A stretch of DNA of 47,081 nucleotides, counting the filler, from Streblomastix strix (taxonomy: Eukaryota), in NCBI GenBank assembly GCA_008636045.1. It is 2 parts of 2 records of this genome, joined end to end, with 100 filler letters (N's around TTAATTAATTAA, not from the genome) between each part and the next. Parts side by side here need not be neighbours in the genome. Positions count along the whole stretch, not along the records: positions 23,599 to 47,081 come from SNRW01000280.1; 1 more part is not named here. One strand, given 5' to 3'. Of the stretch, positions 37,831 through 47,081 are shown in pieces. Numbering within the stretch: position 1 is the first letter of the stretch; the number at the start of each line of letters is the position of its first letter. The notes under the pieces were generated by a model that saw only the letters and a program-made list of their open reading frames with translations, had not been told where the DNA came from and did not search any database. The position numbers and the translations under genes are program-made.

Positions 37831-40670
37831 TCATTAATATTTAACATCCTATGCCATTTATTCAACATACTTATCATCTTCGTTCTATTTTTTATATTTC
37901 TGGTGGATTTTATTCGATGCTTTAATATCTTCTTCGTACATCATTTTATCGTAATATATTTATTAATCATCATTTAATTTTTATACTTTAGTTCATATTC
38001 CTTCAATTCCCGGTGTTTATTCTATTCAATTATGTTATATTGCATTCTGATATGTTGTTTGTTTCCAATTTTAAGGTTTGTATTAATTTATAAGAGCTAT
38101 TGGAATACCTTATTTGAATTGTTCATAATGTTCCATAATTACATCTTCGTTTGGGGATCGACTTACATTTATCAATTATTTCTTTGCATCGGTCATTGGA
38201 ATTAAGGTTGGATTAAATTATGAAATATCTCTTTCATAAAAGAATGTCATTAAATTTTCATAAAATTCTTATATGAAGCTTTAATTAATTTTATTAAAAT
38301 ATTCAACATCTTCTTTATGATCTTCAGTGACTTAATGAACAGTTTTATAAGCACATACTAAGTGACGTCTATAATCTGTGTCTAAATATAAAGGCGAATC
38401 GGCATTAGATACATAAATTATATTCATAACGTTCTCATCCGTTTTTCTAGGTAGATTCTTTTCATTAATTCTAATTGATTCATCTGAGATTATAGACTTC
38501 ATTACAGTTGCAACTCCTTTCTTAGAATCGTTATAATTTCTTATTTCATTTAGTACTGAAAATGTCTTATTTTCAACTACTTAATTGAAGTTACCTGTGA
38601 ACTTATTAATGTTAGTTATACTTTGGCAACTGTATCGATTAGTTCATTCAGCTATTATATCAGTGAATCTATTTTTACCTATACCTTATCTACCTTATAA
38701 TATGATTGCAGCTCTCAATTTTTTTTCCAGGATTTTATAATATCCATGCAATCCAGTTAAGAATATATTAATAAACCCTTTCATCACCCGCAGCAACAGT
38801 TTCTTTGATTAAATTTATATACATTTATAAATATTCATAATCAATTGTATCTAATTTTTTATATTTATACCCTTGGAATAAACTGAATATTTCTGGATCA
38901 TCATTTATGAATTTACATACTTTCATTATAAATTTTGATGCATACTTTTTAAAGATATTTTTCGCAGTTAGTTGTTTAGATTCTTTTGTTTCATCTGTTT
39001 TTTCATCTTTCTTTTTTATTCATGAAATTTATATTAACTTTTTCTAACTATTTTTAGATAGTTCCTTCAAATTTATGATGTATGACTAACGTTCCACAAA
39101 GAGAATCAAATTGTATAATCATTTATAAATCTTCGGTTTTACCTGAATAATAAGCAATTATTTTTGTTAAATCCATCACGATTTATTCTTCACTCTAATA
39201 TTCTCCATTGGCTGCTTTTTTCTATATATGAAGTTGTGCAAAATCATCAGTTAGATCAATTTAATTTGGAATCAATGTCTAATTGATTAAAATTTATTTT
39301 TCCTTTTTCTTTGTTTCATAACAATTTTTCAATAGTGGTTAAATTATTATATCATAGTAATCTTTATTAAGATATCTGAGAATCTTTATAAGAATCCGCG
39401 GATTATGTTTACGTTCACCATTTGATGAAGCTTATCCATAGTTCTTATCGGCGTTTGCAGTTATCTTGTTAAATTTACGTATATTATTTATCCCTTCAAT
39501 TCTAATTGATTTTTTAGTGATTCCATATAATCTTGAAAATATACTTAAAAGAGATATTACTATATTAGTTGCTTAAGGATAGTTATGAATCGTTAAATTC
39601 TTTAAACCATCTATGCAAGCTTATGCAAGTTCATTAGACATAGGTTCTATCATTCTTTCATTATTTATTTGTTAGGTAAGTAGTTTTTGTTATAATTATT
39701 TTTCATATTCAGCATATGAAACCTCAATATCAACATTTCATTTATCATGAATCTCGTGTAGACTCGTTAAATTTGTCATATTAGCTTAATCATTAATAGC
39801 CTTATATTTGAGTGTTATTTGCTAGCTACTTTTCGTTTCATGGATACTTGTATTAGGTGCAACTACTCTATTTTATATAATTTATTCAGTTTATCTACCA
39901 AATTCAATTTATTATTTCGTCATTTGTGCAAATATATCAATTTCAAAATTTTCCAATATAATAACTTTCATGTTCCAATTTTAAGGTAATCTATAGCCAT
40001 TTCTATTACAATAAGCATGCAATCCTCAATGAGCATTCTTCACTAAGCCTACATTAGATGGAAGCATGTTATCTACTATATTTTATCTTATTTTAATGAT
40101 CTCTTCATTTGGAAGCTTCTTATTAATATCAAAATCAATCACACATAATTCATCGTCATTCATTGACGATAAATCAATAACTTTTACTGTTTTTTATCGT
40201 TTATTTACTCTTTCCTTACGTTCAAACTTAATATAATTTATCGCATCAATCATTACATTCTTAACTCGTTCGCTAATTGGTGCATTTATTATCTCTTACA
40301 TCTATTTATCTTAATCCGATAGAAGTATATCTAAAAGTTTATTAATTTCAATTTTTTCTTATGCTTCTTTCACTCTACATTCTTCATGGTATTTATCAAG
40401 TATTTCACCAAGATCAGTTGATTCAACAGTTGATTCATCAAGTTATTCAACAAATTATTCAACAAGTTATTCAATTGATTATTCAATAGATTGTTTGTTA
40501 AGCATCTCATCTATCAATGCTTTTGCTTTGTCATTTGTTTTCGATTTACGATTAAACTTACGAGATGAATCTTTCTCTAATGTCATATATTTGATTTTTG
40601 GTACGATTGTTCTATCTTCACTTGATTCTAAATATTCTAATCCGTCAGATGACGTTATTTGAATTGTCAT
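37831..40670 (-). pseudogene. AEP primase / SF3 helicase (element B)
   Basis: LCVIDFDIN, NAH*GLHAYC, Walker A LQGRQGIGKNRFTD (~38660-38700), GNFNQVVENK, IRINEKNLPR, NIIYVSN and DYRRHLV. ORF-track 40479..40670 is its N-terminus. Confidence 0.88.
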
Positions 40671-42251
40671 TTTGCTTATGGACTAAAAGTTCAAATATTT
40701 TGTTAAAACAATATTTTATTTAATTTATAACATATGGTAATAGCAGATTAAATTGTTGGGAATTAAAATTTTTGACTTGTTTTGTCTTTTGTCTTATACA
40801 GATAATTATTCAATTCATCAACAATACTAGCACATACGTACTAACAAGAGACAAGCATTTTGTCTTATCGCCAAGTTGTCTGCCATATTTATTGATATGG
40901 TCATTACATTCAATACATCCACGTAAATAATCACATGAAGCTATCTCAATATGTCTATATATAAGCACTTTTTCACGGGTATCGTTGGGATTGTTCCATT
41001 TGTACAAATTGTTCCATCTAGACAGATCATTTCTTTTACTCACAGTGCTAGTGTATGTACACCATAATGAGGAACAATCGGAACAAAATTACTATATATA
41101 GACAATTTATTCAATTTATCCATGCAAATAATCCATATGTTAAATCTTCATATTGCTCCTCATACAACTGTAACAACATTCATTTTTAACATCAAATTCA
41201 TGATCAACATATCAACTTTAACCTTAGGACTCATTCTCAAGTAAATCCGAAAACATTTATTTTTCCATATATTTTTCACTTTCTATTAGACTAGTTGGAG
41301 AGCGCGCTTCACTGTGCGACATTAAAATACATTGATATATATATTATTTATTCAATTAAATATATAATTTAGTAAAAATATTAAATATTCTTTTTTAAAA
41401 AATAAATCTTATGATTCACAGTACAGTTTAAAGTATTATTTTCATGTACACATGAAAATATTATATAGTATATATTTATTATATTAAATTGTAAAAAACC
41501 AGATGCTTATAAAATCAAAAATTTTTCTATAGTTAAATGCGAATTTTTTTATATATAGCATAGACTATATATATTAAAAATAAAAATATTTTATCATAGG
41601 TCAGAATTCCCATTAAATACTTAAAATTTCATATCTCTCTGATATACTACTCTAAGGTCATATCATATGCGTAGATTCTAAAAATAATGTTTATAATCAA
41701 TTCTGTAATTGTTAATAACCAATAATTTTAACAAATAATCCATTTCAATCTTCGATATACTCATCGAAGATATTATTTCATTTTCACTAGTAGAAACTAG
41801 ATTCGACCAGGTCCTTTAGTCAAAATTAGTTAGCACTTATCGCATAAATCATCAGATTTATGCTATCTGTAGTGATGTAAAAAGAAGCCTGCCTGAGAAT
41901 AGAAAAATCTGAAACCTTACCAACACAATAATTCCTATTCATTAACCCACATAGCAACATACTCAAATATCTGTTCTGATTGCTTCACATAATTAGGATG
42001 AACTAGTAAATTTATTCATAAATAATAAACAATTATTTTGAAGAATGAAATTTAATCATAAACAATTATTACAATAAATAAAGAATAAATTAAAGAATAA
42101 TCAATATGAATAATTTTATTAAATAATTATATAACAATCCTATAAAATATCTCCTATAATTCGCCAATACAATTAAAAGATAATGATTTACACTCTGAAT
42201 AAGTTTTTTAACTTTTTGATTCGAGGGTAGGCTTCTTTTTACATCACTACT

Positions 42252-42640
42252 ATCCAGTGAAGTACTTCAATCTCCAAATCTAATCATTTGTTTATCCTCA
42301 TTTGAATTGTCAATCTTGAAGTGGAGGTGTGCTATATCTTTATTCGATGCTTTCACGTCTAGTATCTTTCTCTATTTCCAATTTGCTTTCTTTATCATGA
42401 CTGTTTGATTGTACAATTTTTTCTACTTTTTTCTAATTAGTATCATAATACTATCTTTCAGTTCTTCCTCTAATATTAACTTGTACTCTTTCGTTTCTTT
42501 TTCTGTTCCCCTAAATTTCGTTATCTTTAACAATGCTGTAGTTTATAGATATTCTAGTTATCTTTACATTAGAGGGTAAATCCTTATTTGGATAAAGTTT
42601 TTCATGATGATTGTTTCCCATTGTTCCAAATATCATGCTG
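42252..42640 (-). pseudogene. reverse transcriptase, N-terminal fragment
   Basis: EYKLILEEELKDSI...YNQTVMIKKANWKQRKILDVKASNKDIAHLHFKI...IRFGD*STSLD covers RT motifs 1-3 (F.V.K..G..R.I.D...LN, LD) and is cut off at the first catalytic Asp. Confidence 0.8.
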
Positions 42641-44577
42641 TTTATCATCCCATTCCTTTTTAATATTTCTTCATTATCAACATCTGTTTCAAAGTTTTCA
42701 AAATTTCTTCCCTCTCTTCTTTCCTCCTTTCTTCCTTAATCAGTCCAACTGTTCCGGCTAATTAGTCACGAAGTCGAGATCTATTTCTATCTGATTCTCA
42801 GAGTTGGATCCCTGTTTCTATTTCTTTGATCCTGCACTGGTCTTTTTGCTTTTGAAATGTTCTATGGACTTGTCTTCTTTAACTGCGGCTATATCTATAT
42901 TTTTTCACCGTACCTACTAGTGTGCGAAGTGGTTAGGATAGTCAGAGTTATTTCTAGCATTAGTACTCCATAAAAACTTATAGGACGAACTATTTTATGT
43001 TTATTTTGCTTCTTATATCATGGTCGTTGGTTTATTGTACCTCTTATTTGGGTACTACAACTTTCACTCTAACTTAGCCTAATTCTGGAGGTATGGTGAT
43101 TAGAGGGGGTTGGCCTTTGGATTATGAAATGTTTGGATTTCTTAGTTCTTATTCGGGATGGCTTGTATGAGATGATCCTATTTCTCTTAGCTTAGTATTT
43201 CCATTATCATGAAGTTTAGTTTCATATTCATGTTGACTTTCGTTGTTGGATCCTTAATTTAATTCACTTTCTACGGTTTAGTTATCATTCGTTTGCTCGT
43301 TATTGCTTTCATTGCCAGTGTTTTCGATTGCTTGATGGTTTAAGTGTTCATTATTGTTGGATACTACCTGTTACTGCGCACCGCAACCGTTTAATCCGAG
43401 TCCATCTGATCCATTTACGTTGTGAAGTGGAGTGTTGGCGGATGTTTCTATGATCATGATCTCGGGATTCATTTCTCAGTTGATAGTGGTCTGTAGCTGC
43501 GTCCCGCTGTGATTGTTTCTGAGTCTATCGTTCCTGTTAGTGAAATATTTGGATTCGATTGTGTGCTCGGATTAGTCTTCGTCTTCATTATCATCTGTAT
43601 TCTCGGCTTCGAATCATTCTAGATCGTTCGTAAATTCTTCTTGTTCTTCACTCTCTGTTTCAAATTATTCAATAGTTTGTTCTGTAGCGAATACAATTAA
43701 GCCAATTACAGCTTCGGGTATTGATTGATATATTTGGGGAAGTACATTAGTGAATCCAGCCACTCCATAACTAACGTTTAGTAATCTTGGGATGTATGAT
43801 CCCCTTGATAAGTTCGCCCATTTCTCAAGGTCATCAGTTCGTCAAAGACAAAAGGGGACTACGCCTTCGCGTACGTCCCCATTAAACAAAAATCATTGTT
43901 CTTCTGAGTGATCTAAGTCCTTAGGTCTAGGTATTGGTGTTGGGCGATAGTTCTTAGTTGGATAGAAGAAGGCAAGACCGTCTTTGTTCAGGTAATGTTA
44001 GTATTATTCTGGTTGCATAGTCTTGGGTTTCTTCTTTTCTTCTTCAATAATTGGTTTCATTATTTCATGGAACCTTTCAATTACATTCATAAGTCCTAAA
44101 TATTGTTATAATTTCGGTAATTGCGGTTCGACTTCCTTTTATTTGTATTCTCGTGGATCTTTGGGAGAAATTGTCCTTAATGTAGCTAACGTTTCTTCCT
44201 GTGTGGGTGATGGTGAGTGTTGTTGAGTATATGATGAAAGAGATTTATGGGGTGTATTATGATGTGGTCTTATGTAATTATAACCTAAGTTCTGATTTGA
44301 TTAAGTATTTGAATTGGGTTGATGATGTGAAATGGAATTCTTCAGCTCTAAAAGCCTATCTATTTAGTTTTCATTTAGTTCTGAGTCTTTCAGCTATCGT
44401 GGTTGATATAATTGTAATTATTATTGGTTCATAAACTGTAGTTTTCTATCAAATTAGATTTTTTCTATTTTTCCATCTATCTATAGCGTTAGTCATCCTC
44501 GAACCAGTCCTCGTCTCCATCGGTTCACGGAACTATCGTATTTCCCTAGCCTGTCCAATCTTCTTGTATTTGCTAGC

Positions 44578-44628
44578 TATTGCTGTTACTGCTACTGTTA
44601 CTGCTACTACTACTGCTGCTGCTGCTGT
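44578..44628. repeat. degenerate (CTG/CTA)n trinucleotide tract in the retroelement
   Basis: TGCTGTTACTGCTACTGTTACTGCTACTACTACTGCTGCTGCTGCTG, read as poly-Ser or poly-Gln on the minus strand. Confidence 0.7.
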
Positions 44629-47081
44629 TCTATTCGTTTTTTTAGCTTTTGCATCAAGGACTGTTTCGTTTTCCTTTTTTCTTTTTCTTTCTTTCCAATT
44701 TTATGTCTAATTTACGCTTTCTCTTTCGTTTATTCAGATATCTTTGTTTCAACAAGATTTATCGAAAGGACTTTGGGATTTGAATTCCTTTGATAAGTAG
44801 CGCTTTATATTAATCTATTCCAATGATATGCCCGTATCTGCCCCAAAATTTTTCAAATTTCTAAATATAAAAGGTTTCTTCGTTGATAACTTGCTGATCC
44901 ACTTCGTATTTTTATATTAATTCACATTGGGATCCCTTGTTAAATCTTATCTTCTGTCTTACAATGTTCCTTAAGATCTCTCTATGTCAATTTTGTACAG
45001 TGGAAAATGTGAAACTGTCTTTCCAAGAATTATATCATCCAGAAAGTCCTCTTCTTCTGACTCCTCTACTCTTTTATATATTGGAAATATTGATCTTTTA
45101 CTCAATATATGTTGTTAATCCCTCTTAGTTGCGTAGGGTAGCAGTGATATTCGATGAGCTTATTGCAGAGGTTATGTTATTATTTGGAGAATTAATGATG
45201 GACGTATATTTCTAGTTAACTATTCATTACGTCTTAATCTCCATATTGGTTACGTTATAGCTTGGTCCCTTGCTGGGTCTGTTGATTTAAATTCTATTTG
45301 TTTTTCATATTGAAGTTCATAAATAGTCAAGGCTAGTTCGTTTGTGTCAGTAGTGGATTCACTGTTGGAAAAAATGAGTTCAATGATAGAACTGTTGGAA
45401 ACTTAGCTGGCTAGATCGGGAATTGCATTAATTATCCAGAGTATTGGAAAGAGTATTGCGATGGCAGATATCTTTACATTATACTTATTGTCGTGGTGGA
45501 TGCATGTAAAAAATGTTGAGTTGTATGAACGGTTTCAGACTCTGTTGCAGTATCTGATTTTAAAGTATTTTGAAAGTGATCATTTAGGTCACTGGAGTAA
45601 GTTTCTAAGCGATTTCTTGAGCGAATTCTGGTGATATTATCTATAGATTGCTCCAAATTAAGTCAATCCTTTGTTGCACTGACAGTTTCTTCAGTTCTTG
45701 GTCAAGTTCTCCCGAAAAGCCCATGATTCTGGTTAGCGGTGTGCCTACAGATGCTGGATGGGCTCCATCTGTCAGGGGTAATGCTCGCTGCGACCTCAGC
45801 ATTTAATTATTGTATGCCGGACGTATTATTGGTGACGGTTATGTCTTCATTAGGTTCCTTTGTTCTGTCGTGTCCATCAGCGCTCGCGTCATGTTCACTT
45901 TGTAAATCGTGTCATATATGCTTATGAACTTGTACAAATTGAATTTCAGAATTATGATCCAGTCTTATTTCACGATCTATGTCAATGTTCCCTGTAGCAG
46001 TCTGTGCAGTTACAGCAATTTCGTTTCCAGATCTGTGAGAACTTTGTCAAATGCGATCGTCAGTTGCGCTGGTGGGATATTATGTTTCGACGGTTTCTTG
46101 CGCATTACCAAGTCCGTGGCTGCTCTTGCGCGTTGTCTAGTTTCTACCACTTGCTCTTCTGGCGGCTCATCCGCATAAAATCGATTTGCGACGTTTCCTG
46201 TCCAGAAAGTCCAGCCAAGAGCACTCGTGCTGCAGTTATCGCGTTCGTCGGTACCTCTTTTGGTGTCGCTATCGTTTATTCAAGATCCAGCGGGTCTATC
46301 TCCAAGTTCTGGCGGAACGTGTTCATAAACGTCGATTGCCACTACGCGGCGACCTGCAGCGGGTTTTGCGGTTCTAAGTTTGCGCAGTTCGGTGCCTAAT
46401 ATGAATCCCTGCTCGATATACGTCTATTGGTATTATTGGACAAATGATACATCGTTTTTTTGCAGTTTCTAAAAATATTACCCTTTTGTAAACATTGTTT
46501 GGGGAATTTCAGGAAGAATCACTTCAAAAAGTTGATGACAAATACTCAATAAAAGGTGAAATTGTTGGATATAATAAATACACTCCGCAATTGCCAAAGT
46601 TGGACTTCTAGAAAATATTATAAAAATCATTTTTGATATATCTACGCATTTAAATTTATATTTTAATAGTTTAACAGTAAACTTTATGCTTATACGATTG
46701 CAACCTGAGGTTTTTCTATGAGACTCAATAATTTCATATCCTCACGAGAGCAGTTAAACCATTAATTGTATCAATTTTATTGGGGTTTTTTACTCTTAAT
46801 TGTTTATTTTCCCCACGTGAGAAGTTTTTCTAAACAATTTTTTACTCTCATTTTAGTTTTTTCTAAAATTTTTACTAAGTTTATTTATTTTTAACTGAGT
46901 TTTTAATTAAAGTCAATCAAAACTTTTCCCAGAGGGAGTTTTTTATTTATTTCTTTTCAACTTTGAATATTGTACTTATAATTTCTTCATATCTTGCATC
47001 GCTTTGCCGAACTCTTTTAAAGGGACTCGGATGTAATATTTATTTCTTTTGTTAAATTGTTGTTTTTTTTTTGAATTCTTT

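Larger units (their letters stand above)
23863..41100. mobile_element. Endogenous Polinton/Maverick-like dsDNA virus, element B (boundaries approximate)
   Basis: Homologs of ten element-A genes, with the structural module in the same order on the opposite strand. Confidence 0.85.
42251..46420 (-). mobile_element. DIRS-like (YR) retrotransposon relic: gag-like region plus start of RT, 3'-truncated
   Basis: A higher-GC segment with an RT N-terminus at its left end and long degenerate frames upstream (FDKVLTDLETKLLQLHRLLQG..., K/R-rich and S/Q-rich tracts). The DIRS assignment comes from the RT style; no YR gene was seen. Confidence 0.6.

Noticed and set aside
40810..41043. 77-aa Cys-containing ORF
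   Set aside because: It overlaps the intergenic repeat motif and has no homolog in element A or recognisable domain.
42252..42640. RT near a variable-tip fibre gene suggesting a diversity-generating retroelement
   Set aside because: The RT is retrotransposon-type and truncated, and no template/variable repeat pair with adenine-specific mismatches was seen.
45739..46399. Several overlapping plus-strand ORFs in the ORF track
   Set aside because: Antisense shadows of the GC-richer minus-strand retroelement.
1..47081. TGA reassigned as a sense codon
   Set aside because: Internal TGAs align to different residues in the paralog (Gly, Cys, Arg, Trp) and co-occur with frameshifts, which indicates decay. 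Homologous genes also end at TGA.

Overview
This is AT-rich eukaryotic (protist) DNA that reads with TAA/TAG = Gln and TGA = stop (translation table 6). The supplied standard-code ORF track therefore fragments or misses almost every real gene. Retranslated by eye, most of the window is two diverged, partly decayed copies of an endogenous Polinton/Maverick-like dsDNA virus, in opposite orientations on either side of an assembly gap. Element A (~1.7-23.4 kb) encodes an AEP primase/SF3 helicase, a repeat-rich fibre-like protein, a multi-domain virion-like protein, a small amphipathic protein, a putative major capsid, a putative penton, a KilA-N protein, a packaging ATPase, a protein-primed PolB with an HNH-like insert and a possible integrase C-terminus. 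Element B (~23.9-41.1 kb) carries the same structural module in the same order, plus a Fic-domain gene. Each element has its own family of intergenic motifs built from short iterons or inverted repeats, and an array of short palindromes upstream of KilA-N. Also present are a pogo-type DNA transposon (0.25-1.63 kb), a mariner end inserted in B's ATPase, and a truncated DIRS-like retroelement (42.3-46.4 kb). The genetic code and repeat content suggest an oxymonad-like (Streblomastix-type) host, which is inference only. Gene ends of decayed ORFs are approximate and no searches were run.
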